Assembly: GCA_038215615.1 (NCBI GenBank)
Contig: JBBQQR010000006.1
Span: forward strand, 1 to 64,000
DNA length: 64,000 nt
Direction: 5' to 3'
DNA from: Vulcanimicrobiales bacterium
GTDB lineage: Bacteria; Vulcanimicrobiota; Vulcanimicrobiia; Vulcanimicrobiales; Vulcanimicrobiaceae
Shown in pieces: positions 18,324 through 26,919 of this stretch. Each line of letters begins with the position of its first letter. Within the stretch, counting starts at the first letter, position 1. The position numbers and the translations under genes were made by a program. The notes beneath the pieces were generated by a model. That model did no database searches and was not told where the DNA came from. It worked only from the letters and a program-made list of their open reading frames with translations.

Positions 18324-18896
18324 ATGCACACGATCGAAACTCCCCGCCTGCGGCTGGTTCCCGTGACGCCCCGGAACTCGGACACGCTGTGGGAGGTGCT
18401 TCAGCAGCCGGATCTGCGAGCGTATCAAGATCTGCCGGCAGCCGGGCGTAAAGCGTTCGGCCAAATGGTAGCGGCGCGCCCGACCAAGCTTTCCGCCGGT
18501 TCGACGGGCCGCTTCGAATGGCTCGTGCAGTTCGCGAACTCCTCCGGCACCTTGGGCTGGGTATCGCTGCGGATTCACGACCGTAAAGAGGCTGCCGCAG
18601 AGATCGGCTACAGCATCTTGCGCGAACATCGCGGAAAGGGCATAGCGACCGAAGCCGTGCGGGCGCTGCTGACCCAAGCGTTTGATATCGCCGGCGTCGC
18701 GCGCGTCCAAGCTTTTTGCGTTCCGGCAAATCAAGCCTCGCGGCGTTTACTCAAACGGTTGAGATTTCACGCCGACGGCGTGCTGACGCACGGCGCCAGC
18801 GTCAGCGGGCGCCCGGTGGACGTGCTCGTGCATAAGCTGGAACGCGACGTCTGGGTTCAGTCGGGGAAAACGATCGAGACGCCGGCTTCGGCGTAG
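18324..18896 (+). CDS. GNAT N-acetyltransferase, RimJ/RimL family
   Basis: IETPRLRL, AEIGYSI..EHRGKGIATEA, NQASRRLL. Confidence 0.88.
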   Translation: MHTIETPRLRLVPVTPRNSDTLWEVLQQPDLRAYQDLPAAGRKAFGQMVAARPTKLSAGSTGRFEWLVQFANSSGTLGWVSLRIHDRKEAAAEIGYSILREHRGKGIATEAVRALLTQAFDIAGVARVQAFCVPANQASRRLLKRLRFHADGVLTHGASVSGRPVDVLVHKLERDVWVQSGKTIETPASA

Positions 18897-19309
18897 CCCG
18901 CGTAACGCATGCCGTCCCCCAGATAACCGAGCAGCGGTTCGCGGACGACCGCGATCGCAACCCGGCTCGCAATTTGGCCTGCCGAAACCCACGCCACCTC
19001 GACGACGTGGTCTCCATCATGCGCCGGCGCGGCCGGCGTGCCGTCTGCTTCTACCGCAAACGTGACGTTGGTGATCTGCGTGGCTCCGTCGTAGGACTCG
19101 CTCACATAGCACAGCTCGCGCACACTGCCTTGCAACCCGGTCTCTTCGCGCAGTTCGCGTACCGCAGTTTCGGTCAGAAGTTCCCCGTGCATTTGCCGCC
19201 CTCCGGGGAGATTCCACAGCGGCTGCGCGTGATTGGGATATTTCGAGGCGACCAGCAAAATGTTGCTGCCGCGGCGCACGAGTGCGCTCGCTAAATGGAT
19301 ACGGGTCAT
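18857..19309 (-). CDS. NUDIX hydrolase
   Basis: Nudix box GGRQMHGELLTETAVRELREETGL; ATG at 19309 overlaps the upstream GT stop. Confidence 0.88.
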   Translation of the reverse strand: MTRIHLASALVRRGSNILLVASKYPNHAQPLWNLPGGRQMHGELLTETAVRELREETGLQGSVRELCYVSESYDGATQITNVTFAVEADGTPAAPAHDGDHVVEVAWVSAGQIASRVAIAVVREPLLGYLGDGMRYAGYAEAGVSIVFPD

Positions 19310-20346
19310 TGCGCAGCCGTCTCGAGCACGGCGAGCGTTCGTTCGGCGGTCTTGCGCCACGGCATTTCGCGCACGCGGGCGTACCCACGTTCGCGCATTG
19401 CCCGTGCAAGAGCTTCGTCGCCGGTTACGCGCCGCAACGCTTGAGCCAACGCCGGCGCATCGCCGGCCGGAACGTACAGAGGCGCGACGCCGCCGGCTTC
19501 CGGAATGCCCGCGGCCGCCGATGCGACCACGGGAGCGCCGTAGTTCATCGCCTCCAGCACCGGCAAGCCGAAGCCTTCATAGTGCGACGGATACACTGAA
19601 ACCGCGCAGGCGCGATACAGCGCCGCGAGCGTGGCGTCATCAACGTGTCCGAGCGCGTGAAGCCGGCAGTGCGCGCTCGCGGTCAGCGCGCGCGAACGGA
19701 GCGTCGATGTTCCGGCAACCACGAGCGGTATGCTGATGCCCGCGCCTTGCAAGCGCGTGAGGGCCTCGATGACCGTGTCCAGCCCTTTTCGCGGATCGTT
19801 TTCTCCGACAAAAAGAGCGAACCGGCCGAACGCCGCAACGTCGAGCGCTACCGGCTGCACGGGGAGCGGCGTGCCGATGCCCAGCGGAATCGCCGCGACG
19901 CGTGAGGGCTCGAGGCGCAGTTCGCGCACGAGCTCCGCTTTTGAAAACTCCGAATCCGTAATAATCGTGCGGCAGCGCCGCGCCGCGCGGCGGAACGTAG
20001 CGCGATCGGTTTCGGTGTATTCGGGGCGCACGAACGTGGATGCATCGTGCAGCGTCGCGACCGACGGAAGCGAAAACCCGTTCCAACTTGGGCCGTTGAA
20101 TGGAAACCACAGGACATCGAGATTGCTGCGGCCGTGAAGATGACGCGAACGGACCGGATAGGCGCCGCCCGCTTCGGCGCGGTACCGGCCGGCGGCGGTC
20201 CATGTATGCCATTCGGGCACGACCAGCGTGACGCTCACGCGATCGGTAAACGCGGCCCGCCATTCGCCCAGGAGCGCGCGCACATATCTGCCGATTCCCC
20301 GGTGATCGCCGGTCAAATTCCAAGCGTCGACGCCGACCGCAATCAT
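19306..20346 (-). CDS. Glycosyltransferase family 4
   Basis: VDAWNL..DHRGIGRY, PRKGL, YPSHYEGFGLPVLEAM. Confidence 0.9.
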   Translation of the reverse strand: MIAVGVDAWNLTGDHRGIGRYVRALLGEWRAAFTDRVSVTLVVPEWHTWTAAGRYRAEAGGAYPVRSRHLHGRSNLDVLWFPFNGPSWNGFSLPSVATLHDASTFVRPEYTETDRATFRRAARRCRTIITDSEFSKAELVRELRLEPSRVAAIPLGIGTPLPVQPVALDVAAFGRFALFVGENDPRKGLDTVIEALTRLQGAGISIPLVVAGTSTLRSRALTASAHCRLHALGHVDDATLAALYRACAVSVYPSHYEGFGLPVLEAMNYGAPVVASAAAGIPEAGGVAPLYVPAGDAPALAQALRRVTGDEALARAMRERGYARVREMPWRKTAERTLAVLETAAQ

Positions 20347-20400
20347 TACCGGGCGCGTTCGGTACAGGGCGGCGGGGCTCATTGGGCATACTCCAACCCG

Positions 20401-21414
20401 GTGCACGTCGCGGTCGATGCTCATAATCTGCTGACGGACCGGCGCGGCATCGGCGTCTATCTTCGCGCCGTTCTGCGCCGCATGCTCGCAAGCGGTGAGT
20501 GCGAGGTCACGCTGCTGGTACGGCATCCGCTGCCCGGATTGAAGAAGCGCGCGCTGGCCGCGGAGCTCGGCTCGCGGCGTTTTGCCGTCCGGTCGCGCAT
20601 CCCGCCCGAGGCGACCGTCGTGTGGCATCCATGGAACGGCACGTTTTTTCGCGGCGGCCGCCGCAACGTCGTGACGATGCACGATGTCGCGCCGTTCGTC
20701 TATCCCGCGGCCGATCCGGAAAAACGGCGATCGCAGCAGACGCCGTTTGAAATCTCCGCCCGCACGGCCGACCGTATCATTGCCGATTCGCACTTTTCCA
20801 AGAGCGGTATCGAGGCTCACCTGGGCGTTGAGCCGGGACGGATAGTCGTCGTGCCGCTAGCGGCGGACGAGCGTTTCACACCCGGAAAGCCGGAAGAACT
20901 TCCGGCGGCTTTGCGGGATCGGAGATATGTGATGTACGTGGGAACGCTCGAAGAACGCAAAAACGCGGGAACGCTGATTGCCGCGTGGCGCAACAGTTTG
21001 GCTCCGCAGGGGATCGCGCTTGCAGTCGTGAGCGATGAAAACGTTCCCGCTGGTGTGGTGGCGTTGCGCGATCTCGGTTTGGAACGCTTTCGTGACATCT
21101 ACCGCGGTGCGCTGTGCCTGGCATTTCCGACGCTGTACGAAGGTTTTGGCCTGCCGGCGCTGGAGGCGATGGCGTGCGGTGCGCCCGTCGCGGTTTCGCG
21201 CGTCGCATCGCTGCCGGAAGTTTGCGGCGAAGCCGCGCGGTACGTCGACGAACCGCTCAGCGTCGCTGCATGGGAGGCGGCGCTGCTCGAGATTGCGTCC
21301 TCGGATGAGCTGTGTGCGGATCTGTCGCGGCGCGGCCTGGAACAAGCGGCAAGGTTTTCGTGGGACGCGACCGCGCGCGCGACGCTCGACGTGCTTTCAC
21401 AGGCCGGCGCGTGA
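20401..21414 (+). CDS. Glycosyltransferase family 4
   Basis: [45 protein letters not shown]. Confidence 0.9.
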   Translation: MHVAVDAHNLLTDRRGIGVYLRAVLRRMLASGECEVTLLVRHPLPGLKKRALAAELGSRRFAVRSRIPPEATVVWHPWNGTFFRGGRRNVVTMHDVAPFVYPAADPEKRRSQQTPFEISARTADRIIADSHFSKSGIEAHLGVEPGRIVVVPLAADERFTPGKPEELPAALRDRRYVMYVGTLEERKNAGTLIAAWRNSLAPQGIALAVVSDENVPAGVVALRDLGLERFRDIYRGALCLAFPTLYEGFGLPALEAMACGAPVAVSRVASLPEVCGEAARYVDEPLSVAAWEAALLEIASSDELCADLSRRGLEQAARFSWDATARATLDVLSQAGA

Positions 21415-22298
21415 ACGCAATGCGTTCGGCGGCGCACCTGATCGTCGGATCGCGCGACGAGCCGTTCCTAGCGCCGCTGCTTGAATCGATGAGCGGAGCC
21501 GTGGATGCGCTCGTCGTCAACGATAACTCCACCGGCGACTCGCCGCATGAGGAGACACTGCGCGCGAGCTGGTTCGGGCGCACCGGACGGCTCTTCGTCG
21601 ACCGGTCGCCGTTCACGGATTTCTCCGCGGCCCGCAACCGATGTTTGGACCTGCACGCGCAAATCGGCGGTGGTCCGTGGGCCGCTTTCGTGGATGCCGA
21701 CGAAGTGCACGGGGAAGCGTTCGGGCACGTCGCGCGCAATCTGGATGTTGTGCCCCAGAAATACGATTTTTTGGACGGCTACACGTGGCACTTCTTTCAG
21801 TCTTTCGATCTCTACACCTCGATCGAGCGCCGGATGGCTTTTTTCCGCGTGCGGCCGGACGTGCGTTGGGAAGGGCCGGTTCACGAACAGCTGCGTGGAC
21901 TCGATGGCCGCCGGCTGGCGCTGCCGTACGTCTACGCGCACTACGGTCATGTTCTGCCGCCCCGGCGACACGCGGAAAAGGGACGGCAATACGCCGGCCT
22001 CGGGCAGATCGGTGAAGTCGTTCCTGAAGAAAAACTCGACGCGATCGATCCGGCCGTTTATTTCCGCAGCATTTGGCCGATCGTGCTGCGGTTTACGGCG
22101 CAGCATCCGGTCGCTGCTCGAGCAACGATCGCCAGACTCCGGCAGGAGTATGCGCACGAACAGCATCGCGCGATGCAGCTCGCATGGGCGGCGCAGCCGC
22201 CGCTGGTGCGCGCGCGCAACGTCACGCTTAAAATGAATTACGAGCAACGCTGGCGTTCCCGCTTCGCCAACGCGATCGCCCGGCGCCTACTGCGCTAA
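21411..22298 (+). CDS. Glycosyltransferase family 2-like protein
   Basis: DFSAARN, FVDADE (DxD), [13 protein letters not shown]. Confidence 0.75.
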   Translation: MNAMRSAAHLIVGSRDEPFLAPLLESMSGAVDALVVNDNSTGDSPHEETLRASWFGRTGRLFVDRSPFTDFSAARNRCLDLHAQIGGGPWAAFVDADEVHGEAFGHVARNLDVVPQKYDFLDGYTWHFFQSFDLYTSIERRMAFFRVRPDVRWEGPVHEQLRGLDGRRLALPYVYAHYGHVLPPRRHAEKGRQYAGLGQIGEVVPEEKLDAIDPAVYFRSIWPIVLRFTAQHPVAARATIARLRQEYAHEQHRAMQLAWAAQPPLVRARNVTLKMNYEQRWRSRFANAIARRLLR

Positions 22299-23315
22299 GC
22301 CCTGCGCGATCGCTTCGCAGAACGCGTCGACGTCTTCTGGTCGCGTGGCATGGTGCGTCATCCAGCGTACTTCGGGAAGCGCCTCGTTGAAGACGTAAAA
22401 AAAGAAACGCTTTTGAATCCGTTCGATAGCGCTTCGGTCGAGCGTCGCAAAGACGGCATTGCAGCGCACGGGACGCGTGATGCGCACGCCGCTGACACTG
22501 CCCAGGCCAGTTTCCAGTTTCTTGGCCATGGCGTTGGCATGATCGGCGTATCTGCGCCAGCGCTCGTCTTGAAGCAGTGCGGAAAACTGCGCCGCGATGA
22601 ACCGCATTTTCGAAGCAAGTTGCATCCCTTGTTTACGCGCGAACGGCGCGGCGCCGCGGTGCAGGCCGGCGTCGAAAAAAACGACTGCCTCGCCGCCCAT
22701 GAGTCCATTTTTCGTTCCACCGAAACTCAGGACGTCGATCCCGAGGTCGCGCGACGCTTCGCGCAATCCCAACCCGAGCGCCGCGGCCGCATTTGAAATG
22801 CGGGCGCCGTCCATGTGAACGAACCAGCCCTGCGCGTGCGCGAATTCACAAAGCTCGCGCAATTCGGCCGGTTCGTACAGCGTGCCGAACTCCGTCGATT
22901 GCGAGATCGAGATAACTCGCGGCTGAACGTGGTGCTCCTCGCGCGACGGATGCGCGAAAACTTTCAGATGCGCGAGTGTCAATTTTCCGTCGGCGCATTC
23001 AACCGCCAGCAGTTTGCAGCCGGCAAAACGTTCGAAAGCGCCGCATTCGTCAGTTTGCAGATGCGCGGTGGCGGGACAGATAACGGCCTCGTACGGCTGC
23101 GTCAAGCAGCTTAGCGCGACGACGTTGGCCCCGGTGCCGTTGAACGTAAAATAGACGTCGCTCCCGGCTCCGAAGACTTCGCGGAATGCCGCCTTCGCGC
23201 GCTCGGTGTATGGATCGTGTCCATAACCGACGGCGTCGCCGTCGTTCGCTTCGGTAATCGCTTGCAGGATCTCGGCGGCGATCGGCGCGTTGTTGTCGCT
23301 GGCGAAAGTGCGAAT
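22287..23315 (-). CDS. ltaE: Low-specificity L-threonine aldolase (PLP-dependent); apparent ATT start
   Basis: In-frame N-terminus (I)RTFASDNNAP..GYGHD..FNGTGAN; HMDGAR; SFGGTKNG PLP lysine; SKMRF. Confidence 0.88.
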   Translation of the reverse strand: MRTFASDNNAPIAAEILQAITEANDGDAVGYGHDPYTERAKAAFREVFGAGSDVYFTFNGTGANVVALSCLTQPYEAVICPATAHLQTDECGAFERFAGCKLLAVECADGKLTLAHLKVFAHPSREEHHVQPRVISISQSTEFGTLYEPAELRELCEFAHAQGWFVHMDGARISNAAAALGLGLREASRDLGIDVLSFGGTKNGLMGGEAVVFFDAGLHRGAAPFARKQGMQLASKMRFIAAQFSALLQDERWRRYADHANAMAKKLETGLGSVSGVRITRPVRCNAVFATLDRSAIERIQKRFFFYVFNEALPEVRWMTHHATRPEDVDAFCEAIAQGLAQ

Positions 23316-23324
23316 GGGCCCCGC

Positions 23325-25088
23325 CTATGTCGGCTGAACGCTGAGCGCTAGCACCTCGGCGCGGATGAGATCTCGCAGAACGGCAATATCGATGTCGGCA
23401 GCGCCGTCAGGCACCGCTCGCGAAAGCAATTCGTAGGCCGTTCCGACGCGGTGCGCCACCAAAGCGAGCGCATCGATCTCCTCGGTCAAATAGTGCGTTC
23501 GTTCGCGTTTGGGTCCAGCGGCGATGAATCCCAGCAACGAGCCGCGGACGCTCATCGGAAGAAGTAGCGCTTCGCTTAATGCGTGCGAACCAAATTCCAA
23601 CTCGAAAGGCTCGTTCCACCGGCGCAACCGGACGATCGCAGCATCGTTAAGTTCCAGTCGTCTCGGAAGTGTCCCGTTGGATGATCGAAGGCATTCGTAG
23701 GTTCCGCTTGCGGCGATATAGATAGCGGCGTAGCGTCCCTCGATGTTTTCGCGGATGGATTCGAACGTTAGCGTGAGCAGTGATTCGGTATCAGTGACGA
23801 CGTCGGCTTCGAGCGCCAACCGGCGGATCGCCGACAACGCCTGCGCCCGTCGACCAAAAAACAGTGCGTTCAACTGCCGATCGACCACCGAGTGGATCGA
23901 GCGCGCGGAAAGACCGACCAGCAACGCCACGCCCAGCGGTACCGCTTTGCCGAGCCACCCGTTTGCGACCGCCGCCCCGAGCCCTCGCTCGAGAATTTGA
24001 GCTGCCACCCATTCGCCGGCGACAAACAGCGCGACCAGGGCAATCGAGACGAAGCCGAAGACTGCCGCGCGGCTGAAAACGATCGTGACGTCGACCAGAC
24101 GGTGCCTCAAAATCGCGTAGGCGATCGCGAGCAGCGGAACGTCCTGAAAAAGAGACATCCAAGCCGACCACGGCTGGGGGTTCGGATTCGCCAGCAGCGT
24201 AAAATTGGTTATGAGCCACGCTGCCTGCGAGAGCATCACGGCGCCCCCGACCCACCGCGCTTGCGCGCGGTGCTCTTCATCTACGCGAATGAGCCCTTCA
24301 ATCGCTCCTGCGAGAAGGATAACGGAGACGAGCGCCCAGGTGAGGTTTCCGAACCAGGCCGGTGCGACAGAGCCGGCAATTTGGAAGAGTTGGTCATGCG
24401 CCACAAACGATGTCAGGTCCGTCCACGCATTGGCGAGGCCTGCGATCAGAATAAGGGGAAGCGCGATGCGGATAATCACTCCGCGCAACTGGGAGACAAC
24501 CGGTGGAAAACACGCGATGAACAGCAAGAGGAAGTAATAAACGAACAGGCTGGTCATCTGATTCAATACGGTCCCAGCAAACGCGACGAGCGGGGAAGGC
24601 GCCACATCGCCAAACCAGAGAAGCGCCATACTCAGGCCGTAACCGGAAAAGAAGAGAGCAAGTAGGGTCACCTCGCGCCGCCGGGCGCCCCGAATTGCGA
24701 CGAGCACACCTGTTAAGGCGAAAATAGTGAGTAAAAACAGCGTCAGCGGGCCCTCTTCGAGTGGCTTCAAGCTTTTATACTCCGCGGCCACGAGCCTGAC
24801 GTTGCCGAGTACTCCGTGTTGAAGGACTGGAAGAATAACCGTCTGACCGGCGCGCTTGAAATTGGCATCGAGCGCAGCTCGCGCGGGCATCGTCAAAAGC
24901 CAAACGTCTCCGGGACGCAATCCTGCCCGCTCGGCCGGGGACTCAGGATAAATGCTCGTTAAGACTTGATCGCCGTTGTTTGCCGTGGTGCTGTCAAAGC
25001 CAAACATGCCGACGCGATACGGATTGGCGATATCATAGCCGCCCAGCCCAATCGCGGCTATGGCAAGAAAAATGACGACGATTCTCAT
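23325..25088 (-). CDS. Multi-pass membrane protein with N-terminal PDZ-like domain and C-terminal GAF-like domain
   Basis: SPAERAGLRPGD (PDZ), about 9-10 hydrophobic helices, YAILRHRL, LLLPM..RGSLLGFIAAGPK...Y..EEIDAL. Confidence 0.65.
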   Translation of the reverse strand: MRIVVIFLAIAAIGLGGYDIANPYRVGMFGFDSTTANNGDQVLTSIYPESPAERAGLRPGDVWLLTMPARAALDANFKRAGQTVILPVLQHGVLGNVRLVAAEYKSLKPLEEGPLTLFLLTIFALTGVLVAIRGARRREVTLLALFFSGYGLSMALLWFGDVAPSPLVAFAGTVLNQMTSLFVYYFLLLFIACFPPVVSQLRGVIIRIALPLILIAGLANAWTDLTSFVAHDQLFQIAGSVAPAWFGNLTWALVSVILLAGAIEGLIRVDEEHRAQARWVGGAVMLSQAAWLITNFTLLANPNPQPWSAWMSLFQDVPLLAIAYAILRHRLVDVTIVFSRAAVFGFVSIALVALFVAGEWVAAQILERGLGAAVANGWLGKAVPLGVALLVGLSARSIHSVVDRQLNALFFGRRAQALSAIRRLALEADVVTDTESLLTLTFESIRENIEGRYAAIYIAASGTYECLRSSNGTLPRRLELNDAAIVRLRRWNEPFELEFGSHALSEALLLPMSVRGSLLGFIAAGPKRERTHYLTEEIDALALVAHRVGTAYELLSRAVPDGAADIDIAVLRDLIRAEVLALSVQPT

Positions 25089-25157
25089 GGGCTTGCCTCG
25101 TTTGGATCGGTGTTTTAACGGCCTTTTGTTGGGCGGGCCTCGGCGGCCTCTCGCCGG

Positions 25158-26654
25158 CTATTCGGCCGCCATCGCCGCCGCGGCTGCGGCCGCGCGTCGC
25201 GAAGGACGCATGAAGATCACGAGCGGCGCGCAGACGAAGAAGACAATTGCTGAGAGCCTGAACAGGTAATCGTAGGCGTTCACCGCCGACTGCTGCGCGA
25301 CCAGCGCCGTGAGGACCGGTATCGAATAGCCGTGAGCGTTGGTAACGCCCGAGGCGAGCTCGCTCCAGGCAACCGCGCTCTGCCTGGCAAGCAGTGTGGT
25401 GAGTATTGCGATCCCAAAGCTGCCGCCGAGCTGACGAATCAGCGCGGAGACGCCGGTCGCGCCGGCAAGTTCTTCTTTAGGGACCGCTCCGAGCGTCACC
25501 GTTGTCAACGGCACGAACATGAAGCCGAGCGCGAGTCCTTGCCAAACCCGCGGCCAAAAAACGTCCCAGTAGCCGGCGTCTTGCGTCAGGCCTCCCATCC
25601 ACCAGGTGGAGAGGCCGAAAAGCAGCATGCCGAAAATAACCATTGCGCGCGAATCGACAAAGCGCATCAGCGCTCCGACCATTAGCATGCTTATCGCGGT
25701 CGCAATCGCGCCCGGCAGCAGCGCCATTCCCGTTTGGAAGGCCGTGAATCCCAGTATCGTTTGAAAGAAGAGCGGCAAGATTAAACTCGTCCCGAATAAT
25801 CCAAAGCCCAACACGATGCCGACGATGTTGCCGATGGTAAACGTCCGGAATCGAAAGACGCGGATATCCACCAGTGGATACCGGTCGCGCATCGTTTTAT
25901 AGATGAACCACGTCAGCGCGACGATCGCGACGATCGAGAGCAGCCAGATCGCGCCCGAGTCAAACCAATCGTCGTGCTGCCCGCGCTCGAGCACGTATTG
26001 CAGCGACGCGAGCCCCGCCGTTAGTAAGCCCAGACCTATCCAATCTACACCGCCCTTCGGTTTCTCTAAGAAGTGAGGATTCGGAATGAACTTGAGCGTC
26101 ATCAAAAACGCCGCGATCCCGATGGGAATGTTAATGTAGAAGATGAGCGGCCAGGTGTAGTTGTCGATGATGTATCCGCCCAGCGTCGGACCAACCGCCG
26201 GCCCAACCATTGCGCCGAGTCCGAAGATCGCCATCGCCGCGCCGCGTTTTGACGGCGGATACGTCTCGAACAAGATCGCTTGCGCAGTCGGCTGCAGTGC
26301 GCCGCCGCCGAATCCCTGAATCACGCGGTAGAAGACCAGTTGCCAAATGCTGTGGGCGGTTCCGCAGAGCAGCGATGCGATGGTGAAAATCGCCAAGCAG
26401 CCGGCATAGAAGTTCTTGCGTCCCAGGTATGCGGTCAGCCAGCCGTTGAGCGGCATGACGACGACGCTTGCCAAGATGTAACCGGTCGCTACCCATGCAA
26501 CCTCGTCGATGGACGCACCGAGGTTTCCCGCAATGTCGTTCAGCGCCACATTCACGATCGTCGCATCGATGATCGCCATGATCAGACCAAGCATCACGGT
26601 TATCGTAATGAGCGCGACCGGCGCGTTTGCGCGTGCGCGCAACGGGTTAGACAC
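25158..26654 (-). CDS. DHA2 (EmrB/QacA) MFS efflux transporter
   Basis: IDATIVNVAL, WVATGY, RVIQGFGGG, GPTLGG, WPLIFYINIPIG, LERGQHDDWF. Confidence 0.92.
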   Translation of the reverse strand: MSNPLRARANAPVALITITVMLGLIMAIIDATIVNVALNDIAGNLGASIDEVAWVATGYILASVVVMPLNGWLTAYLGRKNFYAGCLAIFTIASLLCGTAHSIWQLVFYRVIQGFGGGALQPTAQAILFETYPPSKRGAAMAIFGLGAMVGPAVGPTLGGYIIDNYTWPLIFYINIPIGIAAFLMTLKFIPNPHFLEKPKGGVDWIGLGLLTAGLASLQYVLERGQHDDWFDSGAIWLLSIVAIVALTWFIYKTMRDRYPLVDIRVFRFRTFTIGNIVGIVLGFGLFGTSLILPLFFQTILGFTAFQTGMALLPGAIATAISMLMVGALMRFVDSRAMVIFGMLLFGLSTWWMGGLTQDAGYWDVFWPRVWQGLALGFMFVPLTTVTLGAVPKEELAGATGVSALIRQLGGSFGIAILTTLLARQSAVAWSELASGVTNAHGYSIPVLTALVAQQSAVNAYDYLFRLSAIVFFVCAPLVIFMRPSRRAAAAAAAMAAE

Positions 26655-26690
26655 TAGGGCCGCGGCCGCCGAATCGCATATACTAATCGC

Positions 26691-26879
26691 ATGAAGTTGC
26701 TGCTGGAGATCTTAATTGCGATAATCCTGCACCCGGTTGCATGGATCTTGGTGCTGATCGATCTTGCCGGCCGCGACGACCTGACGACGGCCCAAAAGTT
26801 TATCTGGGGTGTTTTTTCGATCGTCTGGGGCATCGGCCCGATTCTGTACATCCTGGTAGGCGGCGGCAAGCTCTGGTGA
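26691..26879 (+). CDS. Small two-TM membrane protein (PLDc N-terminal-like)
   Basis: 62 aa; two hydrophobic helices, KFIW...IGPILYILVG; TATACT 6 nt upstream of the ATG (leaderless-like). Confidence 0.6.
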   Translation: MKLLLEILIAIILHPVAWILVLIDLAGRDDLTTAQKFIWGVFSIVWGIGPILYILVGGGKLW

Positions 26880-26919
26880 CATAAGGGGCCAAACCGCGGC
26901 CCTTCCGAACTAATTAGGC

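Noticed and set aside
23313..23330. Possible TAG read-through fusing the membrane sensor to ltaE (same frame)
   Set aside because: TAG is an ordinary stop for many genes here (rpoB, rpoC); an ATT start explains ltaE more simply.
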